This document shows, piece after piece, positions 51,208-63,983 of a stretch of 64,000 nucleotides of DNA (position 1 is its first letter; every line of letters starts with the position of its first letter). This DNA is from Balanoglossus misakiensis (lineage: Eukaryota; Animalia; Hemichordata). A program made the translations under genes and the position numbers. The DNA is taken from NCBI GenBank assembly GCA_040954595.2, contig CM082594.2, forward strand, positions 1,816,247 to 1,880,246. The letters are read 5' to 3'. The notes beneath the pieces were generated by a model that worked only from the letters and a program-made list of their open reading frames with translations, had not been told where the DNA came from and did no database searches.

Positions 51208-51452
51208 CTGCCGCGGCAGAAGCGCTGTGACATCTCTCATCAAGCACGGGTCTGAACCAACTATCTCGATTATCATTGGAAATATTCTAAATGGGTTTGG
51301 AAGCACCCCCAATGTATTCCTTGGGATTAACATATATGGACGACAGCGTATCAAAGACAAAGTCACCTATGTACATAGGCAAGTGGCAATGAAAATATTA
51401 GATTGGGCATATGTTTTCATTGCGCCGTGACTAAATTCGTGAGCGATTGCAT

Positions 51453-51754
51453 AGCGCGTAGCTCGTCTCACGTGCATGCGCGTAACTTCCCAGCAAATTT
51501 TCCGTTCAATGCATTCAAATAGTGGCCTGCCTTCGCTTCCTTCCATATTTCATGCGCACCGTATAAGTAGATTCTGGTTTTGTCCCTCCTTTTCACCCAA
51601 GCTAGTGTCTTTTCCCGATCTCCGACACAGATTATGGTCGCCGCCATCTTCTCTGTTGTTAGGACAGAACACTGCCTTATGGGATTGACAGTTCACTAAA
51701 CGTCTGTAACCAGCGGCTACAGCTGGAACATGCGTGTGAGACGAGCTACGCACT
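51453..51754. mobile_element. ~300-bp MITE in an OATP intron
   Basis: TIR AGYGCGTAGCTCGTCTCAC; right flank TTAA; homologous to 4161-4453. Confidence 0.8.
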
Positions 51755-52147
51755 TTAAGTGTAAGCTTTTAAGCTTAGATTTCAGGCATTCAGCATCTTT
51801 AACAAACTGGAGTGAAACTTGATTTTTTTTGAAGGTGCACGTAAATACATGTCATGTAACCATAATATTGTTACTTTCATGAAGTACTAAACATAGCTTA
51901 GCCAAATGAAATTAAATTTAACATTCGAACAGAATCGATGGTCACCGCATTCAGTTTTGAGAAAAAATTTTGTTGAAAGTGATATTCACAGCCTTGTATT
52001 TCAAAAACGGTGACCATATTTAAGAACATATTTTATTATACATATACTTGGAATCCTAAAATCAAAAATTGACAGAAATCAAAAATTGATAGAAATGACA
52101 ATAATTTCCATGTTATCGACCGCACATTCTTCAATACTTATTACTTA

Positions 52148-52287
52148 AGCAATAACCCCCGCCGCAGGCGGGTATACACGAGATTTGGGTACAATTCGAG
52201 ACATATAGCACGAGCCGTCAGGCGAGTGCTATGGAGCGAATAGTACCCAAATCGAGTGTATACCCGACTGAGGCGGGGGTTATTGCT
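52148..52287. repeat. 140-bp hairpin resembling a non-autonomous Crypton-type subterminal structure
   Basis: AGCAATAACCCCCGCC...GGCGGGGGTTATTGCT with nested arms. Confidence 0.7.
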
Positions 52288-52818
52288 ATTATATTATATC
52301 AACAACTGTTTTTGTGGCATATCAGTGTCATTTTCTTACCGAAACGGCGTCAGAAAGAGAAATTACGATCGTGAACCAACATGGCGACGATGAATGTAAA
52401 CACGAGCGGCCGGGATCGAGCATTAAACATGAAGCAGACGACAAAAAGTGACAAGACGGGCATCGCGCGTGGCAAAGTGACAAATATTTCCACAGAGCAG
52501 TTCCTAACTAAAACGTCCGTTAATTCAACAGTATTTTTGTTTTATTTATTTGGTTTAAACACGCGCGACTGTGGTTTAACCGCACATTTTTGTTGCCGTA
52601 TGCTAGTTCAGGGGCCCGTTTTCGCACTGCCAGCAGTGCATTATTGAGTATTATATTATACCAGTATATTGATGGTGTAAATCACGCTATTTTATTGGTC
52701 GAGACACGACACGTGACCGTGATATATTAGTCATATACCACAGTCATATATCATAGTCAAAGAAAATGCCTTTTTAAAATGTTTTATGTAAAGTTTCAAT
52801 ATACTGGCATAATATAAT

Positions 52819-52961
52819 AGCAATAAAACACCCCCAGCTATGGTATACCACTCGATTTTGACCAGTTCAACTCCATATACGCACTCGCTATCGCTCGTGC
52901 GTATATGTCGTGAACTGGTCAAAATCTCGTGGTATACCATAGCTGAGGGTGTTTTATTGCT
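52819..52961. repeat. Second 143-bp hairpin of related design
   Basis: AGCAATAAAACACCC.CAGCTATGGTATACCAC...GTGGTATACCATAGCTG.GGGTGTTTTATTGCT. Confidence 0.7.
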
Positions 52962-55900
52962 TAATTTTAGAATCGCTGGATTGAGCTCTCGTCCAATCAG
53001 AATTGCGAACGGTAGCATGCTATAATGTAATAGTCCTTTCTTGATGTTGTGTTTGCGTGAATAAGCTGACATTTACATAGTGTATTCCTTCATAAAATAT
53101 GGACACCTTAAACTGACACACAAGATTCATTTGTTTCTTCTCCTTCTTCTTCTTCTAGGCGTAATCCATTCCTTTTTCTCTGTTGGTCAAATAGTGGGTG
53201 TGTTAGTAAATGCATATTCTATAAGCCTGTTCGTTGATTTTTATCGAGTTGACATAGCTACACTCGATTTCGACCAAAAAGATCCACGCTGGGTTGGTGC
53301 TTGGTGGCTTGGCTATTTGCTCAGTGGTGTTCTATCTGTGGTGCTATCAATCTTTATCCTCATCATGCCATCGGAGATACCGAAACAATCCAAATGTCAA
53401 GACCAGATTACAAGAGAACCAAACGATGAAGGCGGCGATACCATCAGTAAAGTGGGACGTTTTAAAGGTAAAATTTGTCGGAGTTCCCACCTTGTAATAA
53501 AATAGCTCTTGCCACCTACGGGGAGTGATGAAAATTTTTCATGTGGTCGACAGAATTTCAAGATGGCATATGTCAGCCACTTCAACAGACGATACGCACA
53601 ATACAATTGTTATAATGTGAGAATCTTTTCAATGTAAGAAGATTTCTGGAGATATGTGCACAATAGTTGATATTAGTAGACGTCTTTACCAGTTTGCCTA
53701 ATTCTATAGGTTCACGTATCTTCTATCGCTCACCCAATGCACATCAAGGTAAACTGATAACCTGGCCATTACACTTTTGGAATTGTAAAATGTCACAAAA
53801 TGAATATGATCACAACAATACGTTGCCCTTCTTTGCTGTGTTGCTGTACGGGATCAGATTATGGCATGATAAAACAAAATAGGGGGCAGTGTAATGTTTA
53901 CATCTTTGGTTATTTGTAGCTGACAATGGTTTGTAAGATTGTCTGCAAAAAAAAAAACATCACCAGAGACTAGTTAAGCCATATGCGCTTGGTGATCGTG
54001 TCCTTGTAACTTGCAAGATGCAAAAGTATAGCCCAATTACAGCTAAATATATATATTATATATTTGATAGATTGGCAACGGGCAATCCTGCGTTTGTTCA
54101 CCAATGTTCCCTTCGTCAGCCTGGTTTTTGCCAGAATCGCTTACATGGCTGTCGTTCATTCGACGCGTTTCTTTCCAAAATACATGGAAGAGCATTTCAG
54201 AACTACACCTTCGATATCTGGTAAAATCTTTGGTAAGTATACCATACCGTCGGGACTTTATAGTCGCGCAGTGGCGTACTGACCAAATTATTGTCATTGA
54301 TAAAATATAACATATCAACGCCATTACCCCAGCGGTGCCTTGTTGTTTGATGAGATATATACTTTATGCGATTATTCCGTGAAGACAATCTTAGCTCAAT
54401 GCCATTCCTGTATGTAAAGAACTATTTTGCATCAGCATGTAACATTGAGCGAAACAGTGGTGTTTAACGGTAATAGGCCTACTATAACACAGTTGGCTTT
54501 CTGATTATTGATACCTGCTCCACATCATCCAAATGTAACCTCTTTTGCTTACATACATGTATATAGCTGCCACAGTCGTTCCTGCCGCAAAATTTGCTTC
54601 CATCGTCAGTGGCGCGTTCTTGCGTAGATGGAAGCCGACGCTCATAAAATTGGGAATATTTGCAGTGATCGCTGCGGCAGCAAATGCAAGTATCCCATTC
54701 ATTGGGATGAGTGTTGGTTGTGGCATGGAGAAATTCGCCGGTGTCTCTGAACCATACCCGGAAAGGCAAGTATCTGAAATGTAGTCCCTGAAAAAAAAGC
54801 CATCATATTATCAGTTCTAGAACACTGCCCACCCCTATTTACTTAGCGACACTTGGATGCCCAAAAGTAATTTATCACTCGACATTTATACCAGCGACAT
54901 ATAACGTCCATTACATCATTTTCTATGCAGAGACCAGCCTTCATAAATTTAACCTAGATAAGAAGTCTGATTGATACTCTATACAGTATAACGTAAATTG
55001 TGTCTCGAATTCAATCTACAACAAAAGCTTTCTTTTTCTATAGCAGCACTGTTGAGATACCGCAAGTACGAAGATTCGGGGATGTGAAGTCTGCTTGCAA
55101 TTCTGAATGTGGCTGCTCGGACGCCTATGCGCCAGTTTGCGGCTCTGACGACATCACATACTATTCAGCTTGCCATGCTGGGTGCAAGACTCGCCAAGAT
55201 GTTCAAGTAATCTACTTTATAATACATTAGTCCTTATATATTCATTTTCACAGAGAGGGAAATTGGTTCTGAAGGGGAGTGTACATAAATTATAAATTGT
55301 TGCATAACAATGTGCCTTGCTTTTGTGTCTTTATGAGGACACGAGTTCATTTATTTTATTGATGGTAGAATGTTCTGGGTGGCGGGTTGACAAATTGCGT
55401 TGTTACCCAGAGTAAATATTCATTTGATGGGGATGGAGTTTATACATGTAGTTTCACCAGTGAACGCTGAAGTTGTCTGTATTCTTCATCATGCCGTACA
55501 TGTAAAGACACGGTTTACTATATTTGGGTCACCGCTTATTTCTTATAAATTATATAACGCGTATTGGATGTATTCCATTCAAAATGTCCTCGTTTTATAC
55601 ACGATTTTCACACAGAACTTCACAGATTGTGGATGTATTGCAACAATAAATGACACTGCCGCAGACTATGCACATCAAGGAATGTGTGGACAGACGTGCA
55701 TCAATCAATTAGTGGTGTTTGGTGTGTTGGTCGCTGTCTTTGGATTCTTTCTATCAGCAATTGCTAATGTAGAAGTTGCCTTGACAATGAGGTATTGTAT
55801 AAGGCATGCAAAAACGTTCCATTTCCATTATTGAGGTTGTTGGTTTGACACATTGACACACCCTACTACCTGTAAAGGACAAATAAATATTTTCAAAAAC

Positions 55901-56527
55901 GCATGTTATACATTATCCCAGTATCTAAATACCACGCGAAATACATCAACATGTTATATTTGCAGATGTGTGTTGCCGAAGGATAAAGCGTATGCACTTT
56001 GTATACGCGTCATTACAACACAGTTACTAGGTACGTATTGCCATCGACTGACTATTCTGATGTTTCGGTCTAAACTATATTATTGACTCTGAATTCAGCA
56101 AAGTTGTTTGTAACTAATCAACCTTTCATAACAAGATGGCATGTACGTGTCTATGTAAACAACAAATATATGCCGAATAATGCGCATTCCTACAGCTAGC
56201 ACTGCACAGATTTGCCCAGCTTATACATGTATGTCGCCTAACTTGGCAGGGTTATAATGAAGACATGATTGTAAACATAGCCTAAGATATACAACAATGC
56301 TCTTACCTTCCAGCCACTATACCGGCGCCGATATACACCGGGGCCCTCATCGACTCGGCGTGTATGTTATGGGGACGGACGGCGTGCGATGAACAAGGGA
56401 ACTGTCTGCTCTACGATCTGCCAGACTACAGGGCCAAACTATTCGGTGCATTCGCCGGACTCCTGCTATTGTCAGTAGCGTCGTTTGCCGTCATGTCGCT
56501 TTCGCTTCACAAGCGACTCGACCGCAC

Positions 56528-58298
56528 TGTTGCGGTATTTTAGATGAACAAGGTTCCTTAAATGATGTCTGACACGGGCGACCAACGTAAAGTGCAAAAG
56601 GCACGTTTATTGCAGTAATAACCGGTGTTAACTACTGAACCGCTAGAACCCAACTGACGAGAAAACTTCCAAAGTTGCAAAGGAACATGAAGCGGACGTA
56701 ATAACAAGCACAAATTGCTACATTGAAAGGGTGAACTCGAAGTGTGATTGGGCGTAGTAATGAAAGTGCCTGATTGGCCAAAAGTGATCTCTATCAGGAT
56801 CCGCATAGCGATGCAAGGATTTGGGTATACTATAGAATGTTCAAATAACAGTTATTTGTTCTCCGACATTCTCCCGCCGCCGAAAAAAAGTCATCAGAAA
56901 GTCTAAATCCAAAAGAACAGAAAATCGCAAAGGCTCAATCGATGTTGAGTAAACTCTGATGCAATGACAGTTTGACTAGAGTCAATAAAGTGTCAAGTTG
57001 TGTTGAATGTCTAAACAGAGTCAGAAATTCTGATCCTCGCTGCAATGGCCGCATCTCTGGTCGATCTCCTAGGGATGGACGCGGGCGGATCATTGGATTC
57101 CTCTGTGGTGGCATTCCGTGTGATGTCCTCGTTTACATGGGGATCGAAGTCCGTAGACGACGTAGATGACGACAGTTCCTGCGAAGCCACCTCCAGCGGG
57201 TACAATTTGTGTATGGGGCGGTTAGTGTGTCATCTGGCAGTGGAGACTTCCGCTGACCGCACAAGTTTATCACGGCCGTAGACAAGTCTTCTGACAGTTC
57301 CGAGTTGCCATTTCAATCTACGGTCGGTGTCACTGTGAATAATGACGACGTCACCAACTTTAATGACATTGTTCTTGAGACCGGAAGCGGAGTGACGCTC
57401 ACGTAAGGCTGTCAGGTACTCAGTCGACCATCTCTTCCAGAATTGGTTCTGGAGATTTGACAAATGTTCATAGCGTCCGTTTAGATCGCAGTGGTTTCCG
57501 TAAGAGGGGTCTCTGATCTCTTCATCGGAGACAGTGATGTATGGCAATGAGGTCAGAGGTCTGCCGCACAACAGGTGATTTGGAGTCAAGCTGATTTCAT
57601 CATCGGCATTCGAAGACACGAAAGTGAGTGGGCGGTCGTTCAATACCGTCTCGATTTCGGTGATTACTGTGACAAGTTCGTCGTAGGTGACGAAAGATCT
57701 ACCAAGAACTTTCTTTATAGTGTTCTTAGTGATACCAATAAGACGCTCCCAGAAGCCACCATACCATGGGGCACGTTTGGGAATAAATGTCCAACTGACG
57801 CGTTGAGAAGAAAGATAGCGTTGGACGTCAGTCGTGTCGAGTAATGCGCGTATCTCTTCGGCTGCAGAGATATATGTAGACGCGTTGTCGAATAACATGC
57901 GACTTGGGAGAGATCTTCTTGCCGCGAAACGACGGAACGCGAATATGAATGATTTAGTGGTCAAATCGGATACCAATTCTAGGTGTATCGCGCGCGTAAC
58001 TGCACAGGTAAAGAGACACACGTAGGCTTTCTTGTGTTTACCATCAGTTGTTTGGTCAGGAGTGCTCCCGTGAAATCTACTCCTGTCACGCAGAAGGGTG
58101 GAGTAACGTTCACACGATATGTAGGCAACGGTGCCTGAACCGGGCTGGTGTAGGGTCTTCCGTCTATCTTGAGACACGTGACACAGCGACGGAGAACGCT
58201 GCTGACGATTCGACTGATCTCTATCAGGATCCGCATAGCGATGCAAGGATTTGGGTATACTATAGAATGTTCAAATGACAGTCATTTGTTCTCCGATA
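56528..58298 (-). mobile_element. BEL/Pao LTR retrotransposon, internally deleted
   Basis: 5-bp TSD CGCAC at 56523-56527 and 58299-58303; 3' LTR 56528-56868 (TG...CA) after the PPT GGCGGCGGGAGAA; only ~84 bp of the 5' LTR remain (~58215-58298). Confidence 0.93.
57230..58214 (-). pseudogene. BEL/Pao integrase and DUF5641-like C-terminus, frameshifted
   Basis: TGVDFTG / AYVCLFTCAVTRAIHLELV, DNAS, APWYGGFWERLIG, LNDRPL, FWKRWSTEYL, GRDKLVRSAEV. Confidence 0.92.
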
Positions 58299-61179
58299 CG
58301 CACCTCGCAACCGAAGACACCTACATGTATAGGCCTAAGAAGTAGTGGAGTAAAACCGAGCGTAAATTGGTAAAGGTCGACGGACGAGAAACCCGATTAA
58401 CAGTAATTTGGGGACTGTGAACACTGTTTATGTCGTGAAATTGTGTGTGCAAACCTTTCATCACCCGCGTTATTATACAGTAGTTAGAGAAACGTTTTAA
58501 TCTGCATACTGTATTTCGGTGTTTTATGTGTAAATTACAGACTAGTTAAGGCATAATTCATTGTGTGTAAGTGAGTGAGTTCTTTTCTGTACAATACTCT
58601 GGTTCTCAAACTCCTATTTTTGGCAATTCTAAACTCATGTCACAGTTGGCTAGGGTAGTTCCCACCATCTTGCGACAGTAAATAAAGTGTGATTTTCAAC
58701 GCCAAACACTAAATACGACCAAACAATTTATTAAAGCTTAACATACAGTTCGAGTTGTTTAGAAAATTGCCCTATCTATTTAAGGGGATTATGGTTGCAC
58801 TATTAATTTTGACAACTCAATGCTGCATTTGCTGTGAGGAGATGGGCATGGTCTCTGTAAATAGCGCCCCCTAGCTTTGAATGTGCACATCTTTCTTTTA
58901 CACACTTCTTCATATAAATTCGTCCAATGAACTTTACTGTCAATACCACACTATACATGTATGTTGAGTCATCGCCAAAGTGTAGACATTGATTTACAAT
59001 TTATATATCTAAATATAATCGGCAAAGTAAAAAAAAATACTGCATTCAATGGCAAAAATGTGTGCCAAGCCGAAGGTGTCTTGTACAACAGCATACATGT
59101 AGTCAGCTAATCGTCAAATTAAAAATTATATTTTCGATTGAATATTATGCAAATACTACTGAAAATCGATTACTAATAGGGATTTAGCTATGAAAATATT
59201 TATCTAGGGAGTTTGGTTCACCTCTGTGCGCCTACAACCATGCATTACACGACAATATGACGTGTCATGTCACATTGAATTGTCATGGGGGATTTTTCGC
59301 AATGTGGCTGCCTTAAATAGGTTTTCACTTTGCGCTAGGGGGTCAAATCCCATTGCATTCTGGTCGAAAAGTCGACAACCCACTGTACTAAGAGATAGAA
59401 GAAATGATATGTTTTATACTGTATTTCATGACTTCCTTGTGTCAAACATGTCTGTCTTTGTAGTTACCATATTAAACTCATTAAACAACATTTCTGTACA
59501 TTTCTCACCGTCGGTGGCGCTGTTCATGCTGTCATTACAGTTTGGTGTCACGTGCATGTGCAAGCCCATTCTCACTACCGCCACTCGTCTATGCTGTCTA
59601 GGTCAACAATTAAAAAACCCTACATTTCTTCGGCTCTCTTTAGGCTTCAAGTCTCTACTAGTGACTGAAGAGCGAACGATTGGTTCTTTCGCGGACCGTA
59701 CCGCAAAATACCCATCATGCTTTGGGTCACAAACGTTCTTGTGCGTTTCGATTGTTCTGTTGCTGTCGGCAACCGTGACTCTCCGCAACACTACCAGCCA
59801 GCCGCCGGATGGAAGCCACCCTTCGCGCTTCAGTGTAACAAAAGACGAGAAACTTTCGCTGAAATTCTGTTTTCATCATTTGGTAGTTCTACCACACTTC
59901 AAGTACTTAACATTGCCATCCGAAAAGCGCCGCCTCTCGGTAAGATTCATGTCTAACTGTTGTTTTTTTACAGCACTGTCGCACAGACAATGCTACGAGG
60001 CTACGACGAGAGCAAGTCTAAAAGGAAACTTTATACGCAAATTTTAGGTCAAAAACTCCAACTAAAAATAAGTACATTTTATCATTGGAATGTTTTACCC
60101 CTTGTTCACAAGATTTAAAGTTATAGAATAATCTGTACAGGCAAAGATTCCTCCTTCGCCAAATGAAAGGAAAATTCGGGTCCGCGGAAAGCCGCGCCTA
60201 AAGGCTGTCGCCACCACGCCGTAAGAAAGGAATTTTCGCCATACTTGTTGCTAAGTTACCCGCTCACGGACGCGCGAAAGTTCTCGCGATGAAATTCCCA
60301 TCATGCTTTTGTCGCAAGAAAACAGGAAGTGTTCTGATGTTCTATTTGTGTCACTGTTGCCATAGACAACTCCTCACGATCACAAAGCACAAGCAGCGGC
60401 TCTACACTCTCTGCTTTCGTTTCATTTTCTTTGTTGTAAAGTGGCTGGTTGAGAACCCGCTCTTCACGCGCTTGTTTTGGCAGTGTTCACTGGAACTACT
60501 GGACATAAAATATGAAGAGCGCCTCCCTCGGGTAAGAGTCGTGAGAGACTTTTGTTTTCTGTAATATTTGTCGTGTGATGCATACAGTGCGATGCTAAGC
60601 AACTCGGGAAAAGTTAGCGATTTAATACAGGCCGTAATCGTCTTGGCCATGTACGCCATTGGTTAAAAATTATGCAAAATAACCAATGAATTCTAATTTT
60701 ACAAAAAAAGTCGTAGAAGAGGTACTGTATGCCAGTAAACTTTATACAAACAGCGATACACAAGCTTCGGCCGCAGTCGCTGTGCTTCGGCCAAACATCA
60801 CATTGCATGCATCGTGCGCACGGCTGCGTGCGCGTCGCACGAATGGAATGACATGCTGTCAAGTAGCGCGTCCGTTCCCCCTGGCCCTGCTCACGTCAAA
60901 CGCGCTGCCGTACAGAGATTGTAGCGCAGGATAATTCTAACCTATCTAGGGGATCACACGTGGATCAAAAGTGGGAGTGATTGTTGCATAAACTTTGGTA
61001 TTTCGGGTAAATAAAGTCGTATCTAAAGAGCATTTTTATTACACGGCGAATTGCCCCTATGACTCAGAAGAATAGGAACAGTTCGACGTGTAACAAACTC
61101 TCACGCGACTGTGATTATTATTTTCCTAAAGAGCGTTACACATACAACATCCTACTCAAGGCAAGGGTATGATGCGTAA

Positions 61180-62278
61180 GGGACTGTCCAGAATTTACTT
61201 CCAGGGGGGGGCTGGAGGATTTTCAGGGGGGGCCACCCATTTTCCCCAAGAAAAATTAGGGGGGGTCAGACATAAAAATCACAATCCTTTAGGGGGGGCC
61301 ATGTAAAAAACTCTCACTAACTCAATATTTGCCCAGAAGTACTGATTTATAAGAAACAAACCACCATGGCTACCTGGATGACAGATGAACTCCGCAAGTG
61401 CATTAAATCTTCATAAGCTTGAATTTCCGGTAATTTTTTCGGTGGGTTATTTTGTATATCTACTACAGTTTCTTGTTCTACTCTGTGAAGCATAATAAAA
61501 TGCCCAGTATTTGGCCTGCCAGCACAGACCATAAATGTACAGTGAACAGTCAGTGTTGTTACTGTTGACGAGCTCAATTCAAGTCCAGACTAGAATTCAT
61601 TAATTTTCTCATCAATCATTCATATATGTATATAAAAAGTTAATTTGCTTTTGGGTTCATTAAAATGCAGCTTTGAGCTCTGTATTTTATAAAATTTTCT
61701 TACAGGGGAGGGGGACACCCCCTCCCAAACCCACCCCCTTCACTTCTCGGTTTACAATATCTGCCAACACAGAATACAAATACTTAACAAATATAAACAA
61801 TGTTCAGTTTTAATATCCACTGATGAGGAAAAACATCAGTTTCAAATTCTTTTCATGGGAGCGCTGTTTTTCTTTTTTTTACAAGATAGATAGGTGATGT
61901 GTTTTGCTGTGTGAAAGAAAATGGGGGGTGGGATTTCAAAATTTTAAGCTGTTCGGAAGGGGGGGATTTGAAAATATTTCGGGTTGTGTACGGGGGGCAT
62001 GTGAAAATTAACGTTAAAAAAAATTTAATTCTCCCCCCCCCCCTTCCAGAGGTGTTTGTAAATGCAGCCTTATCAGACTGTATGTGTCGTAGTCTGTACC
62101 GGTAAGCATGCATGTATATATTGGGGGGGGGGGGGGGGGGTCATGGAAAAAAAACAGGAAATTTACGGGGGGGCCACAGATTTCCTCCACAATTTACAAG
62201 GGGGGGCCATGGAAAAAAATCACCAGGAAAATAAGAAATCCTCCAGCCCCACCCTGGAAGTAAATTCTGGACAGTCCC
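61180..62278. mobile_element. 1.1-kb PIF/Harbinger-like non-autonomous transposon
   Basis: ~43-bp TIR GGGACTGTCCAGAATTTACTTCCAGGG..GGCTGGAGGATTT and a TAA TSD. Confidence 0.85.
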
Positions 62279-62432
62279 TAACTATCGTAAAGATTAGGCC
62301 CATTGGTATCATATATACAGCTCATTTCAATAGACAGTGATTTTAATATTCAGCGGTGTCTGTCGTTAGTCTTCTGAATGAAAACAGTATATATTTCTGG
62401 GCTTTAAGAGGTTGCATCAAAGAGACCGCCAA

Positions 62433-63983
62433 GCTATGGTCACGTGGGTAGCCGTGGAAAGTACGCCGGGGGAAGTACACTGGTGTTGAACAAGTAGAAC
62501 TGATGTTGGTGGTTAGGCCATCCCGTCATTCCTTGTCTCCACTAAAAACGCTGGCGTAGGAGTACACGGTGAAGTTTTACTGTGAAACGCCCGGCACGGT
62601 AAAGAGACCCCAGAACCGCTTGGAAGACTCAACAAAATTTGCTACATTTTAAAAAACAATGTGATTCGGCACCGGCATACAACTTTATGTCCTTTAAAAC
62701 CGTGTTTTGAATTGAGCTGCATATGTGAATAAATGTAAATAATAAACTCCAACATATATTTTCTATTCTAAGTTTGGCAAAATAATTTTCTATGTTACCG
62801 TGAACGGTAGACTTCACACACAGTCACTGTGGGGGGGGGGGGGGGGGTTGAGGGGGGTAACACATAGCAGATGAAGTTGACAATTTCCCAATCGAAAAAT
62901 GCCACGGGAATGGTACAAGGTAATCTTATCTGTCATTGTCTTGACAAATTCTTGCAGCTAGACATTTCCAGGTAAAAGTGATCATAATATATAAGCCCTT
63001 GTACGCTATGGTCACGTGGGTAGCTGTGGAAATTACACCAGTAGTGAACAGGTCGAGGCAGGGGTCAGGTGGTTGAGTGAAAGGGGAGAGAACGAGCCGA
63101 CCCATCGCCGTTTGTAGACCTTGTTCAGGGTCAAATCTTGTACCCACCCCTCCGCTGGTGTATGAATACATAGTGAAGTTTTACTGTGAAATGCCCGGCA
63201 CGGAAAAGAGACCCCAGAACCGCTTACAGGGCTCCGTAAAAAAACTGTTGTCGTTGTTTCTTTCTCTAAAATATTAGACTAACGACAGATAAGGTTACTT
63301 TTGCCAACAATTAGAACCATATTTTTCACATCAACTTTGAAAACCATATGCACAAATCTATTAAGCTAGCATATTTTATTGTATTATAGCAGTATCATTC
63401 ATTTTACCAAAGAAGTCGAGCAACTCCCAACGATAATTTGTAAAATTGCATCGGCTTACCGAATGGGGCTCAGCATTCGTAAGGAAACACTTTTGTCAAG
63501 CGAGAAACAAAGTAAACAAACCACTATTCTAAGATTTATAGACATATCAAATTAAACTTTTGTTGTAAATAGTAGGAAGGTGTGCATCACAGGTTCGAAA
63601 TTAAGAAAATTAACCTAAACGTCGAACCAGAAGACAGGAGACATGATATTTGGATGATGACAGTTGGAATGTAAAAGAGATTGAGAAACCCAGTCGTACA
63701 TGTATATGACAACTGCGTCGGTGCTACGGAAACATTCGAGATATTGAGAAAACGATATTGTCTACGGGATCAACGTTGCATATACGTGGACAGCGCAAAC
63801 AGAGATGGAACATTTCAGGTAAGTCCCCTCGCCTGGGGTGTTCTCGGTGAGTACAGTCTTGTTTTTCTTCTGCCTTTGCGCCAAACTTATGTCATTCTTT
63901 TTTGTCTTCATGTTTCCGGGGTAAAGAACTGACATCAAAGACTTCTCCAAGCCATGGCCGCGTGGGTAGCTGTTTGTTGTGCA
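62433..63983. repeat. Three related motifs (62433-62621, 63005-63225, partial from 63951) with conserved ends and a variable middle
   Basis: Shared 5' GCYATGGYCRCGTGGGTAGCYGT in all three; shared 3' GTGAAGTTTTACTGTGAAAYGCCCGGCACGGWAAAGAGACCCCAGAACCGCTT in copies 1 and 2. Confidence 0.8.

Larger units (their letters stand above)
51200..56543 (+). pseudogene. SLCO: Organic anion transporting polypeptide (OATP/SLCO family) gene, 5'-truncated, frameshifted and LTR-interrupted. Exons ~51200-51378, 53159-53467, 54071-54232, 54567-54765, 55044-55206, 55616-55791, 55966-56030, 56314-56543 (original tail 58299-58373)
   Basis: GNILNGFGSTP..LGI/TYMDDSV, DPRWVGAWWLG, FFPKYMEEHF, Kazal-like CNSECGCSDAYAPVCGSDDITYYSACHAGC, and the signature IDSACMLWG..C...GNCLLYD. 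All splice phases are compatible. Confidence 0.92.

Noticed and set aside
48922-51754. One complete TTAA-to-TTAA Kolobok element
   Set aside because: The right TTAA belongs to a separate MITE with its own TIRs, and an OATP exon lies in between.
59226-60047. 273-aa ORF
   Set aside because: GTG start, no recognisable domain and no splice support.
62433-63230. Resemblance to RNase P CR-I/CR-V (GGAAAG..., CAGAACCGCTTA) and to LSU rRNA (GTGAAG.TTTACTG, ACGGAAAGACCCC)
   Set aside because: P4 pairing is not maintained in copy 2, and the rRNA-like words occur in the wrong order.
63681-63818. Possible exon ending CAG|GTAAGT
   Set aside because: Strong donor but no clear acceptor or recognisable product, and it is at the window edge.
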